Assembly: GCA_040755995.1 (NCBI GenBank)
Contig: JBFMAF010000024.1
Span: 32,001 to 96,000 of the forward strand
DNA length: 64,000 nt
From: Acidobacteriota bacterium
GTDB taxonomy: Bacteria; Acidobacteriota; CAIWXX01
Reading direction: 5' to 3'
The first letter of the stretch is position 1; the number at the start of each line of letters is the position of its first letter. Below, piece after piece: positions 41,131-50,822 of the stretch. The position numbers and the translations under genes were made by a program. Below the pieces are notes generated by a model. The model saw nothing but the letters and a program-made list of their open reading frames with translations, made no database searches and was not told the origin of the DNA.

Positions 41131-41640
41131 ATGAAGACAATGTTGGTTCTGTTTTGTATGGCGCTCATCGCCCGTCAGGCCGTGGCGCTGGCCGTCAACG
41201 ATCTGGCACCAGACTTCAATGCACCGTCGACCAGCGGTGAGACCATACGGCTATCGGGCCTCAAGGGGTCGTGGGTCGTGCTGTACTTCTACCCCAAGGC
41301 GTTCACCCCCGGCTGCACCAAGGAATCGTGTTCGCTGAGAGACGGATACGCGTACGTGCAGAAACAGGGGGCGAAGATCCTCGGCGTGAGCCTCGACGAC
41401 ATCGAAACCCAGACGAGGTTCAAGAAGGAATACGCGCTGCCGTTCGACCTGATCAGCGATTCGAAGAAGGAGATCTCGAAGGCGTACGGCACGCTCGGTG
41501 CCATGGCCGCGTACTCCGAGCGGAAGACGTTCATCATCTCGCCCGACGGCAAGATTGCGCACATCTTTGACAAGGTCAACGTCGACGATCACGACGCCGA
41601 GGTGGTGGCGATGCTGGAGAAGCTGAAGGCGGGGAAGTAG
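41131..41640 (+). CDS. Peroxiredoxin, BCP/PrxQ family, with signal peptide
   Basis: YFYPKAFTPGCTKESC. Confidence 0.92.
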   Translation: MKTMLVLFCMALIARQAVALAVNDLAPDFNAPSTSGETIRLSGLKGSWVVLYFYPKAFTPGCTKESCSLRDGYAYVQKQGAKILGVSLDDIETQTRFKKEYALPFDLISDSKKEISKAYGTLGAMAAYSERKTFIISPDGKIAHIFDKVNVDDHDAEVVAMLEKLKAGK

Positions 41641-41694
41641 CACCCGGCGCAGCTCCGATGCCGCGACAGCGAAAACCCCGCCGCGAAGGTTTTC

Positions 41695-42714
41695 TCAGAA
41701 AACCTGGATTTTCGCCTCGAGCCGCACCGAGAGTACGTACTCGTCGATCTTGTCTTTGCGGATCTGCGTGAGACAGGTTCTCCGCACCGCGGGATCGTCG
41801 AGCGTCGTTTGCTCCGGCGGCAGCCGGTTGATGCATTTGAAGATGCGATAGCCGTTCGGGTACTTGATGGGCGGCGTCCACTGCCCGGCCTGCAGGGCGA
41901 ATATCTGCTCGTCGCCCAGGAAGGACCTGCCGCCGCGCCGGATGAATCCGATGTCGCCCGCCCGCTCGCGACTGGGCGCCATCGAGAACTCCGCAACTAC
42001 CTTTCCGAATGCGTCGCCAGCGGCGAGCCGGGCCTGAGCCGATTTTATGCGCTCCAACGCCTTCTTCTCGTCCCCGTCCGATGCCACAAACACCTCTGCG
42101 ACGTGCCATCGCTCGGGCACCGCGAACAGCGCCCGGTTCTTCTCGTAGAACGCCGCGACTTCCTGATCGGAGACTGGATATTTCAGCAGAACATCCCGGT
42201 CTATGAGCTTCTCGATCGCGAGGTTCCGGCGTATGACTTCGGTGAATTCCTCCGGCGTCTGTTTGTGCGCGTCGATATAAGCCTGGAATTCGGCCTCAGA
42301 GGGGAACTGCTGCCGCGACTGCTTCTCCGCCGCCGAAACCTCCTCCTCGGTGGGCATCGTTCCCGCCTGCCTCGCCCGTTCGTACAGGGCCGCCTCAATC
42401 GCCAGCCCCTCGGCCAGCGCGCGCCTCCTCGATGCGATCTCCGCCGGGTTCGACGTACGTCCCTCGGGGCGATCGAGCAGCATGATCTCGTAGGCGGCAT
42501 CCACCTGGGCGTCGGTGATGTCGGACGAGCCGTACCGGGCCGCGACACCAGGCGGCCTGGCGGGATTTGGCCCGGCCGGGGACGGCGCGGGCTGTTCAGA
42601 TTGCTGGCCCTTGCACGCCGCGAAGAGCAGCAGAAGAGAGAGCAGCACCGAGCCGCAACACACCGTGCGTGATCTCGTGATCAGCGGATATGCTCCATAA
42701 AGGTGAGGCCGCAC
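41695..42714 (-). CDS. PrsA/SurA-like parvulin peptidyl-prolyl isomerase lipoprotein
   Basis: LLFAAC lipobox, SurA-N helices, AGDIGF rotamase motif. Confidence 0.88.
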   Translation of the reverse strand: MRPHLYGAYPLITRSRTVCCGSVLLSLLLLFAACKGQQSEQPAPSPAGPNPARPPGVAARYGSSDITDAQVDAAYEIMLLDRPEGRTSNPAEIASRRRALAEGLAIEAALYERARQAGTMPTEEEVSAAEKQSRQQFPSEAEFQAYIDAHKQTPEEFTEVIRRNLAIEKLIDRDVLLKYPVSDQEVAAFYEKNRALFAVPERWHVAEVFVASDGDEKKALERIKSAQARLAAGDAFGKVVAEFSMAPSRERAGDIGFIRRGGRSFLGDEQIFALQAGQWTPPIKYPNGYRIFKCINRLPPEQTTLDDPAVRRTCLTQIRKDKIDEYVLSVRLEAKIQVF

Positions 42715-42720
42715 GCCTGT

Positions 42721-43092
42721 CTAGTCGACGCTCTTCTCCAGCACCGCTTTGACGACTGCGAGCAGCTTCTTGGTGGAGAACGGCTTGTTGATGTACATGT
42801 CGGCACCGGCCTCGAACCCCTCGGTCAGAGATTCGGCCTTGTCCTGGCCGGTGAGCATCACGATAGGTATCCGGCGCGTCTCAGGGTTCTGGCGCACCTT
42901 CTGGCACACATCCACACCGCTCATGTTCGGCAGGAGAACGTCCAGGAGCACCAGGTCGGGTCTCTCGTCGCGAATCTTGATCAGGGCCTCTTCGCCCGTT
43001 GTCGCCTTGAGAATCTGGTACTCGCGCCCGAGCAGCCCTTCTTCGAACTCCAGAAGTGCCGGATCATCCTCGACGATCAGAATTCGCTTCAT
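42721..43092 (-). CDS. Single-domain response regulator
   Basis: ILIVEDD, LLDVLLP, YINKPF. Confidence 0.92.
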   Translation of the reverse strand: MKRILIVEDDPALLEFEEGLLGREYQILKATTGEEALIKIRDERPDLVLLDVLLPNMSGVDVCQKVRQNPETRRIPIVMLTGQDKAESLTEGFEAGADMYINKPFSTKKLLAVVKAVLEKSVD

Positions 43093-43158
43093 GTTCGTCC
43101 CGCCAACCGTTTGTGAATTGTATCATCGTGGTAGCGTCAAAAGCAAGCGAGCCGCACG

Positions 43159-43313
43159 GACGGAAGACGGAAGACGGGAGACGAAAGACGGGAGACGCAA
43201 CAGATGGGCACGCCGGCGAGCAGCGGCCTACGTCTCTCGTCTAACGTCTACCGTCTCACGTCTTACGGGGCCTACGTCTCTCGTCTCACGTCTACCGTCT
43301 CACGTCCTACGTC
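43159..43313. repeat. Inverted pair of heptamer arrays (GACGGRA)n / (CGTCTNN)n
   Basis: 43159-43197 GACGGAA-type units; 43225-43313 two ~44-nt units built of CGTCTNN heptamers. Confidence 0.9.
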
Positions 43314-44941
43314 CGTGGAAGGAGCACGAAGAAGGTGCTGCCGACCCCCGGCTGGCTCACCGCGCCGATCCGTCCCCCATGGTCCTCCACAATTTTACGA
43401 CAAATGTAGAGACCCAGGCCCGTCCCGCTCACAAGCTCCGTCGCATCGTTCCATATGCGCTGGAATTTCTGAAAGAGTCTGGGCGTGTCCTCCTGCGAGA
43501 TTCCGACGCCCTGGTCCTGGACCTCGATTCGCACCAAACAATCGCCCTCGGGCACCGCGCGCAGGGTGATCACACCGCCTGCCGGAGAGTACTTGATGGC
43601 GTTGGTTGCCAGGTTGCGCATGACCTGCAGCAGGCTCCGGCGATCCCCGCGGACCCGGGGAAGCGACGGAGGCAGGTCCAGCACCATTGGGTGCCTGTCG
43701 TCGGCCAGTGGGGTGACCTTGTCCAGCAGCTCTGATACGTCCACACTTTCGAATGAGTAGCTCACGTCGGCCGCGTCGATGCGAAAGAGAGTGAGCATCT
43801 GGTCGGCCAGGTGCGAGATCTCCTCGGTCTCGGACACGATCTTCCCGCTCGTTCGCTCCAGTCCAGCCGGAATCCCGGGCATCTGCCCGATGAGCTCGGC
43901 GTATCCGCGGATGATCGACAGGGGGTTCTTGATGTCGTGCCCGATCATGCTCGCGAACTCGCTCTTGAGCCGGTCCATCTGCTGCAGGCGCGCGTTGTCT
44001 GACTGGAGCTCCTGGTAGAGCCGGGCGTTCTCGATCGCTACGCCGAGGAGATCCGAGAGCGCCTCCATCGCCAGGCGATCCTGCTCGTCGAACGCCGCCA
44101 CGTGCTCGGCCTCTATGTCCAGCACGCCGAGAGGCCCGGAGGTGCCATAGAGCGGCACGCTCAACTCGGCCTTGGCGTTCGGCATGGAGGGATGAAAGAG
44201 AAAGTCCTTGTCCTTGGACACGTCCGGAACCAGCCGGGATCGCCCGCTTCGGAAGGCGGCTCCGATGACACCCTTCTCCACCGGCAGTGAGAGCCCTTTC
44301 GGCTTCCAATCAGGGTCATCACCGATGCCGGCCTTGCAGACCAGCCGGTCCCCTTCCAGCAGCCAGACGCTGGTCGCGCGGTATCCGAAGGTCGTACGAA
44401 TCATGCCGACCACGCTCTCCATAAGCGCGTCTATGTCGCGGATGCTGACCACCTGGGAGCCGATCGAATGGACGATCTGCATGCGGAGCAGGTTCGCGTG
44501 GAAGCGGCCGGTCTCCTCGGTCAGCGCTTCCTCCTCCCGCCGCTGCTCCGTTACATCCACCTCGACGACATGTATGGAGTCTCCCAGCAGGACGGCACTG
44601 CCGCGCAGGTAGAGCGGCGAACCATCCTTCCGATTCAGGACCCTTTCGCAGCTCACCCAGGTGCCCTCCGGGGCGGCGCGGACTTGCGATGGCCAGCCAG
44701 CCCGATCATCCACACGCCGGTACAGAGATGATTCGGGCATCTCCATGAGCTCGCTCTCGCTGCGCCCCGTCAGCACGGTAAGCGCGGGGTTCGCGTGGAC
44801 GATGCGCCCTGCGAGGTCGTAGATCGCGTAGACGATTGTTTCTGAATGCAGGAGCCGATCCAACAGCCGGTCGGCGTCGAGCATGGCGGGGCCGGAGTCG
44901 CCAGCTCGCGCGGGCCCATTCATCCGATCCATCGGTTCCAT
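43307..44941 (-). CDS. PAS-GAF sensor histidine kinase
   Basis: PAS, GAF, HDIKNPL H-box, NAIKYS, DQGVG, GTGLGL; start uncertain. Confidence 0.92.
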   Translation of the reverse strand: MEPMDRMNGPARAGDSGPAMLDADRLLDRLLHSETIVYAIYDLAGRIVHANPALTVLTGRSESELMEMPESSLYRRVDDRAGWPSQVRAAPEGTWVSCERVLNRKDGSPLYLRGSAVLLGDSIHVVEVDVTEQRREEEALTEETGRFHANLLRMQIVHSIGSQVVSIRDIDALMESVVGMIRTTFGYRATSVWLLEGDRLVCKAGIGDDPDWKPKGLSLPVEKGVIGAAFRSGRSRLVPDVSKDKDFLFHPSMPNAKAELSVPLYGTSGPLGVLDIEAEHVAAFDEQDRLAMEALSDLLGVAIENARLYQELQSDNARLQQMDRLKSEFASMIGHDIKNPLSIIRGYAELIGQMPGIPAGLERTSGKIVSETEEISHLADQMLTLFRIDAADVSYSFESVDVSELLDKVTPLADDRHPMVLDLPPSLPRVRGDRRSLLQVMRNLATNAIKYSPAGGVITLRAVPEGDCLVRIEVQDQGVGISQEDTPRLFQKFQRIWNDATELVSGTGLGLYICRKIVEDHGGRIGAVSQPGVGSTFFVLLPRT

Positions 44942-45046
44942 ACTGCTTGCGCGGGCCGCGCCCGCGCAGCTGATTATGCTTGTGGCGTGGCCAAAGTTCA
45001 AGCTGCAGGGCGGCTTAGTACCGGGATGGCGCGCCTGGTTTGAGCC

Positions 45047-45074
45047 GCCGGCGGGGCGCGGATGCCCCGCCGGC
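45047..45074. terminator. GC hairpin after 45111-47150 gene (copy at 47307-47328)
   Basis: GCCGGCGGGGC-gcggat-GCCCCGCCGGC 11-bp stem; no clear U-tract. Confidence 0.5.
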
Positions 45075-45110
45075 TCTTGCTGTCGGTTCAGCGATACGAG
45101 TCTTGCCGGG

Positions 45111-47150
45111 CTACTGCCATTTCACGTTCGGGCCGTTGCCCGCGATGTCCACGCCCGGTGGGTACGTGCCTGTGTAATCCGTCCACGGCGGATTGTGGTC
45201 CCAGGTGTTGCCGATCGCATCGACGACTGTTGCTGCGTCGCTGTTCCAGAAGTTGTAGGCTGCGCCTGCGCCCAGGTTCTGGATGATGTTGTTGCCGGGA
45301 TTGCCCGCGCTGGCGCCGAAGTCAGGGCGCGCACCGGACCCACAGATCACGCCTGTTGTCAGGTTGCCCGTGATTGAGTTGCCTCTGAAAGGTCCGGCTG
45401 TAAGCGGGCCGATTGTCTGCATTCCGATCGCGTTTCCCTGGAAAGCCGATCCACTCACATCCAGATTGGTGTCCGCCACCAGCAATCCGGCCGAGGTCGA
45501 GCTGTTGAACTTGCTGTTCTCCACGGTGGCGTTCGCGGACGCCAGTTGTGCGCCGAAGAGCGCCCCATCGAAAACACAGTTGGAGACATCGACCGACGGG
45601 GTTCCGGGTCCCAGCGGTGCCAGGAACAAGCCGAAGAGATACCCAATGATGCGGCTGTTCCGCACCTCCAGATGTCCCATGGTCGTTCCAGGGGCGATCC
45701 CTGCCATCGCGATGATCCCGGCGCCGTGAAGCCCCACCGAGTCCAGAACGCTGTCCGGGTTCATCTGGACGGTGCAGGGGAACGGCGGGGCGGTCCCAAC
45801 TCCGACAACAGCGGTCTTCGCCGGGCCCGCTCCGAGGAGTCTCACGCCTGATGGAAGCACCAGCGGGAACTGCTCGCCGTTGGCCACATCATAGAGTCCT
45901 TCGGCGGCGGACACCGTATAGCCGCTGGCGGCGGCAGACAGGCCTTTCGTGATCGACCTGTACGGGTTGGCCATGGTGCCGGTCCCGGTTGTGTCATCCC
46001 CGTTCTCCGCATCCACGTATATCGTGTTGGGGCCGTCCGTGACCACAACCACCTCGGAATCCAGAGCGGACAACCCGTCGACGTCGGTTGCGGCAATGGT
46101 GTAGGTTGTTGTCACCATCGGCGCGACGCTCGCCGACCCGTTAACGGGTACCGATCCCACACCTTGGTCGATGGTCGCCGTGGCCGCGTTGAACGATGTC
46201 CAGCTCAGGGTCGAGCTGTCGCCCTGCGCCACCGTCCCAGGCGACGCCGTGAGGTCGACCGAGACGCGCCATGCCAGAATCTGCTCTATCAGCTGCTTCG
46301 CCATCAGGATCAGCGTGTCTCTACCGGTAGCCCTCAGGCGGCTGTCGTCCACCTCCTTCAGGTACTTGATGAACTTCTGCAGCTGGGAGACAGTGCGCCT
46401 CTTGTTGCGCCGGCCGTACGCTTTCTCTGCATTCGAGAGGTACTTCAGAAGCCTCTGGCGCGTCGCGTCGCTCATCCGCGTGCTCTGTGTGGTGTTCTTG
46501 AGCGTGCTGAAGTCGATGATCGCGAGGCCGTCTTCCGCGAGAACGGGCAGTGCTGCGAGTCCCGTCTTGGATGTCGTCGGGCGGGCGAACCGGCCGTCGC
46601 CTGAGCCGCGCGCCGAGCTGATAGTCTGGTCGTAGAAGCTCAGCGTCGAGAGATCGGCATGCCCGTCGCGATCGACGTCACTCGCCGAGATCATGACCGG
46701 ACACGGCCCCACCCCGATCGAATTCGCAAGCTCGAACTCTCGATCGCCTCTCGTGAGGTACACGTCCACGCGGTCACCTGCGAAGTCGGCGACTGCGAAA
46801 TCGTCGGTGCCGTCTCCATTGAAATCAGCGACCGCCAGGCCTGAGGCGACCCCGTTGATGGGGATCCTGGTCAGCTGGTCGAGTTGGCCGATGTCGAACG
46901 GGCGCAGCTCCGGGGCCTGCACGAGGATGAAGTCGGCGAAGAAGCTCGTAGTCACTCTTGCGAAAGGCAGGCGCAACTCGCCGCCGGCAGCGTCCGGGGC
47001 CGCCCGCATGAGCACCTTCGATTGCACGGCTGTCCAGGGCCTGGAGAAGTCCAGCGGCGCCGCGTGCAAAATGCCGTGCAGCATCAGAGGCAGTGCGAGT
47101 GCGATGATCACGACTGCACAGCGAATTCGAGATCTGGTCGTTTCGGCCAT
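45111..47150 (-). CDS. Secreted multidomain protein: FG-GAP + FIMAH-like helical + Ig-like + DUF1565/right-handed beta-helix
   Basis: Signal peptide, ADFNGDG repeats, IYVDAENGDD..GT..NPYRSITKGL, GEQFPL; GAGGG RBS before ATG 47150. Confidence 0.8.
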   Translation of the reverse strand: MAETTRSRIRCAVVIIALALPLMLHGILHAAPLDFSRPWTAVQSKVLMRAAPDAAGGELRLPFARVTTSFFADFILVQAPELRPFDIGQLDQLTRIPINGVASGLAVADFNGDGTDDFAVADFAGDRVDVYLTRGDREFELANSIGVGPCPVMISASDVDRDGHADLSTLSFYDQTISSARGSGDGRFARPTTSKTGLAALPVLAEDGLAIIDFSTLKNTTQSTRMSDATRQRLLKYLSNAEKAYGRRNKRRTVSQLQKFIKYLKEVDDSRLRATGRDTLILMAKQLIEQILAWRVSVDLTASPGTVAQGDSSTLSWTSFNAATATIDQGVGSVPVNGSASVAPMVTTTYTIAATDVDGLSALDSEVVVVTDGPNTIYVDAENGDDTTGTGTMANPYRSITKGLSAAASGYTVSAAEGLYDVANGEQFPLVLPSGVRLLGAGPAKTAVVGVGTAPPFPCTVQMNPDSVLDSVGLHGAGIIAMAGIAPGTTMGHLEVRNSRIIGYLFGLFLAPLGPGTPSVDVSNCVFDGALFGAQLASANATVENSKFNSSTSAGLLVADTNLDVSGSAFQGNAIGMQTIGPLTAGPFRGNSITGNLTTGVICGSGARPDFGASAGNPGNNIIQNLGAGAAYNFWNSDAATVVDAIGNTWDHNPPWTDYTGTYPPGVDIAGNGPNVKWQ

Positions 47151-47367
47151 TTGTTCCCTCCTTGGAAGATATGATGCCTCCTGGGTGTGTCGGCGAATCA
47201 GCATACCACTCGTGGCGCCTGCGGTCGAATCGCAGGTGCCGGCTGGACGACAAGACAGCAGCAAAGCGGCCGAAGGAGCCGGCTTCCAGGGTGCGGCAAG
47301 ACCACCGGCGGGGCGTGGATGCCCCGCCATCCGCAGTCTTTTATCCAGCGAAACGCGTCTTGCCTGG

Positions 47368-47731
47368 CTACTGCCACTTCACGTTCGGGCCGTTTCCCGC
47401 GATGTCGACACCAGCGGGGAACGTCCCGGTGAAGTCCGTCCACGGCGGATTGTGGTCCCAGGTGTTTCCGACCGCATCAACGGTCGTTGCCGGGAAGTCG
47501 TTCCTGAAATTGTGCAGTGCGCCTGCACCCAGATTCAGGAAGATGTTGTTGCCGAGGTCGCTCGCACTGGTGCCGAAGTCAGGGTGGGCTCCACTTCCAC
47601 ACAGCACGCCCACCTGCGAATTGCCGGTGACAGCGCAGCCTCTGAATGGCCCGACGGTATTCGGTGCTCAGGATGAGAGGCAGCACGAGTGCCGTGCACA
47701 CGACCGCCGCGCTGTATCTGTCTCTGGTCAT
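47368..47731 (-). pseudogene. Internally deleted paralog of 45111-47150 (signal peptide fused out of frame to last ~95 codons)
   Basis: AGGAG RBS + MTRDRYSAAVVCTALVLPLILS, then sequence matching the C-terminus ...GNTWDHNPPWTD..GVDIAGNGPNVKWQ; 364 nt, not a multiple of 3. Confidence 0.85.
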
Positions 47732-47962
47732 TCGTTTGCTCCTGATTTCCTCTGTGTAATCCCCCACATGCCCGCACTGAATATAGCAGTCGAGGAGTAG
47801 GGTATCCACTGGACAACAGTTTTTCTCACAGAAGTGCCGGGGCTGGGGAGTTGGGAGCCGCGCCCTTGCCACGCCGCCTCTCGCTTGTGCTGGACTGATT
47901 GCAGTCGAAGAGCGCGCGCACCGCGCTCGATCCGTCATTGGGATGAGTCGCAGTGGTATGCG

Positions 47963-48685
47963 TCAGGCAGTCTTCCTTGCCAGAATCGCGAAGTGATCCG
48001 TGAGGTTCTTGTCCACTCGAAACACCGTTCTCGCGTCCAGGAGGGCCCGGGCCAGGCCTCGAACGGGGCTGCTGAGCCACAGAGGCACAAACAAGTACAC
48101 CACGAGGCGATCGAGCCAGGTCCACCACCGTGACATCGAGAAGAGGAAGCACCGGATGTCGACGATCTCGAAGCCCGAGTCGTGCAACAGGTTCAACAGG
48201 CGTCCCGGCGTCGTGACGTACGAGTGCTGGTACTCGTACTCGTAGAAGAGCTTGCCCGTGGTCGAGTAGTTCGGCGCAACCACCGAGACATGTCCGCCCG
48301 GTTTCAGCACTCTGAAGGACTCGTCGAAGAACTGCACGACCTCGCGGCCCCCCGGAAGATGTTCGACGAAGTCGCGCGAGTGGACGAGGTCGAAATGCGC
48401 ATTCTCGAACGGGATCGGCGGCACCGCCTGCGGCCGCACGTCGAAGCCGGCCGCCTCGAGCCGCTTGCGCAGCGGCTCGCTGGGCTCCAGGCCCACATAG
48501 CCGATGCCGTGCGCGTGACACTGCTCGGCGAAGTGGCTCTCGCCGGGACCGATCTCGAGAACCTTCGCATCCGCCTGAAAATGAGGGAGAAACCGATCGA
48601 ACAGGGCCGCCTGGCTGGCTCTCTTCTTCCATTCACCGAAGTGTGTGAAAGGTGCACGCGTGTAATGGGTCAGCATGGCGATCAA
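47963..48685 (-). CDS. Class I SAM-dependent methyltransferase
   Basis: VLEIGPG, FVEHL, RVLKPGG. Confidence 0.9.
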   Translation of the reverse strand: MIAMLTHYTRAPFTHFGEWKKRASQAALFDRFLPHFQADAKVLEIGPGESHFAEQCHAHGIGYVGLEPSEPLRKRLEAAGFDVRPQAVPPIPFENAHFDLVHSRDFVEHLPGGREVVQFFDESFRVLKPGGHVSVVAPNYSTTGKLFYEYEYQHSYVTTPGRLLNLLHDSGFEIVDIRCFLFSMSRWWTWLDRLVVYLFVPLWLSSPVRGLARALLDARTVFRVDKNLTDHFAILARKTA

Positions 48686-48842
48686 GAAAGCATCGGTCGC
48701 GCAAGCCGACCGAGCCGGTCAAGCGCCAGATCTGCAGTTCGCATCTGCTTTACGGTTGGGCCCGAATCGGGTAGACTCCATTTGCGATGATTTTTACGTC
48801 ATAATTGTCATGAGGCGATCATTATTGAGCGGAAAACCGACG

Positions 48843-49343
48843 ATGTCAAGTCGCAAGACGACTGCTGGAGGGAGCTCGGCGGGGAGGCCCCGCAAGTTCA
48901 AGGAACCGAGCCGGCCGATCACCGTGACTCTGCCGGAGCGGATACTGAAGCTTCTCGAAGCGGTGGACCGGGATCGTGCGCGGGCTATCGTCAAGGTTGC
49001 GCAGGCAGCGACATCCACCAGCCGGGGGAGAGGCGTGGATGGATTCGTGCAGCTGGTGGAGGTGTCGCCCGGAATTGCGATCATTGAGGTCGCACCGAGC
49101 GCCGCTCTGGGCAAGATAGGCTGGCTGAGGCTTGTGGAGATAGCACCGGCGAGGTTTCTGGTATCGGTGCCCACAGGGACGCCGTTGGAGAAACTGGAGG
49201 TCGCAATCATCGACCTCCTTGCTTCGCTGGGTCCGGACGAGGACCGCGAGAGAAAGCTCCTGGTCGAGCTGCGCGATCTGATCGCCCAACATCGACGGGC
49301 GGACAAGCTGTCGAAGTACGAGATAGTCTTCGTGGCGTGCTAG
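48843..49343 (+). CDS. Hypothetical protein, possible ribbon-helix-helix DNA-binding N-terminus
   Basis: GRPRKF..PSRPITVTLPERILKLL. Confidence 0.65.
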   Translation: MSSRKTTAGGSSAGRPRKFKEPSRPITVTLPERILKLLEAVDRDRARAIVKVAQAATSTSRGRGVDGFVQLVEVSPGIAIIEVAPSAALGKIGWLRLVEIAPARFLVSVPTGTPLEKLEVAIIDLLASLGPDEDRERKLLVELRDLIAQHRRADKLSKYEIVFVAC

Positions 49344-49499
49344 CGCCAGCGTCTGTGCGGGGATAAAAACGGTTCCAACGCCGCGCGCCCGGCGAAAGGG
49401 AGAAAGCGAAAGGGCGAAAGGGCCCGCGATGTGCCGCGCGTGCGCGCTTGTGCTAGACTATGGGCGACCGTGCGGAACGCACAGCCGGCGCGCCGCCGT

Positions 49500-49573
49500 G
49501 GGCCCGTAGCTCAGGTGGTCAGAGCAGCTGACTCATAATCAGCGGGTCGGGGGTTCAAGTCCCTCCGGGCCCA
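49500..49573 (+). tRNA. tRNA with CAT anticodon, likely tRNA-Ile2 (lysidine); elongator Met not excluded
   Basis: GGGCCCG/CGGGCCC acceptor; GCTGA-CT-CAT-AA-TCAGC; GGTTCAAGTCC; no encoded CCA; lacks initiator features. Confidence 0.93.
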
Positions 49574-49818
49574 ATCACTGTCGAGCACCAGGCCTCCGCC
49601 ATAGACCGTTCCCGCCCATGCAGCCGCGCTCTTCCGCCAGGGCAAGCCGGCGCCCTCAAGAAAGTGTCTGCATGCGCGCCGAAGGAACAGGGTTGCGCGG
49701 TCTGATTGCGAGCTGGGCCGGCGCTCGAGTCAACCGGCCGGTTACCCCCCGGGAGCGCGGGTCGGCGGACTGGCGCGGCGGGCCCGGTCTCGCGGCTTCA
49801 AGCACGCGGCTCCGCGAA

Positions 49819-49855
49819 TTGACAGTGTGTACCCATTCTGTCATTATGTGTACAC
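49819..49855 (+). promoter_or_regulatory. TA operon promoter with operator repeats
   Basis: TTGACA-17 nt-CATTAT; GTGTAC at 49827 and palindromic GTGTACAC at 49848. Confidence 0.65.
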
Positions 49856-49867
49856 TTGGAGGTGACG

Positions 49868-50137
49868 ATGACGACAGTCGGTGTCCGCGAGCTCAGGTCT
49901 AGTTTGAGCTCGATTCTGGGCCGCGTGCAGAACGGAGAGCGGCTGCTGATCACTGAGCGGGCACGACCGATAGCGCTTCTCACGCCGGCGCCGGTGAACC
50001 GGATGGATGACGCAATAGATGGAATGGTGCGCCGGGGAGAAGCCGATTGGTCCGGGGGCAAACCCCGGGGGAGCAGAAGGCCCCCGCGTGTCGCCGGCGC
50101 TGCGGTCTCCGACACCGTGATCGAAGATCGCACATGA
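49868..50137 (+). CDS. Phd/YefM family antitoxin
   Basis: TVGVRELRSSLS...GERLLITERARPIALL; GGAGG RBS. Confidence 0.9.
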   Translation: MTTVGVRELRSSLSSILGRVQNGERLLITERARPIALLTPAPVNRMDDAIDGMVRRGEADWSGGKPRGSRRPPRVAGAAVSDTVIEDRT

Positions 50138-50592
50138 CCGGTCTGTACTGCGACACCAGCGCGCTCGTCAAGCTGTACGTGGAGGAGGACGGCTCCGATG
50201 CCGTGCACGACGCTGTCGCGGCGGCCGACTACGTCGCGACTGCTTCGATCGCATACGTGGAGGCTCGATGCGCGTTCGCTCGGAAGCGCAACGAGGGGGC
50301 GATCAAAGCGCCGGACTACCGCCGGATCGTGCACGATCTGGATGCGGACTGGCCGCGTTATCTGGTTCTGGTGGTGCGTGATCCGTTGCTACGCGAGGCG
50401 GCGGCTCTAGCGGACAGGATGTCGGCGAGAAAGGGGGGGATCGTGCTGCGCGCATATGATTCGATTCACCTGGCCGCCGCCCTCAGGCTCCGGGCCTCAG
50501 AGAAGCGGATGCTGAAATTCGCGGCGTGGGACGTGCGGTTGCGCGAGGCCGCGCGGCGCCGGAAGTTCACGCTTTTACCTCAGCGTTTGTGA
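50134..50592 (+). CDS. VapC (PIN domain) toxin
   Basis: YCDTSALVKLY, LRAYDSIHLA, WD; ATGA overlap with antitoxin. Confidence 0.92.
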   Translation: MTGLYCDTSALVKLYVEEDGSDAVHDAVAAADYVATASIAYVEARCAFARKRNEGAIKAPDYRRIVHDLDADWPRYLVLVVRDPLLREAAALADRMSARKGGIVLRAYDSIHLAAALRLRASEKRMLKFAAWDVRLREAARRRKFTLLPQRL

Positions 50593-50765
50593 GTAGCCAT
50601 GAATACTGGCGATGCCAAACCATCAGGCCTCGCAGAGCGATCGGCAGCGCAACACGGCCGGGAGCCACGATGACCGATCCGGGACCTCGCTGGAGACGAC
50701 GGCTGCCGCGGTTCGGCCCCCTCTTGTGCTGATTTCAACTGCGATCCGTTGGCTCCACACGTTTG

Positions 50766-50822
50766 ATATAACCATCATAATGGTTATATAATGCGGCGAT
50801 ATGACCATGGTGATGGTAGATC
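50766..50822. promoter_or_regulatory. Tandem palindromic operator-like sites
   Basis: ATATAACCAT-cata-ATGGTTATAT, plus a degenerate copy 33 nt later, directly before ATG 50823. Confidence 0.65.

Noticed and set aside
41131..41640. Second selenoprotein (peroxiredoxin)
   Set aside because: Peroxidatic residue is encoded as Cys (TGC); no in-frame TGA
43159..43313. CRISPR array
   Set aside because: Heptamer tandem units without unique spacers; no cas genes
45111..47731. DGR for the C-terminal duplication (also 742-4921)
   Set aside because: Differences involve all bases and many are synonymous, as expected for paralogs
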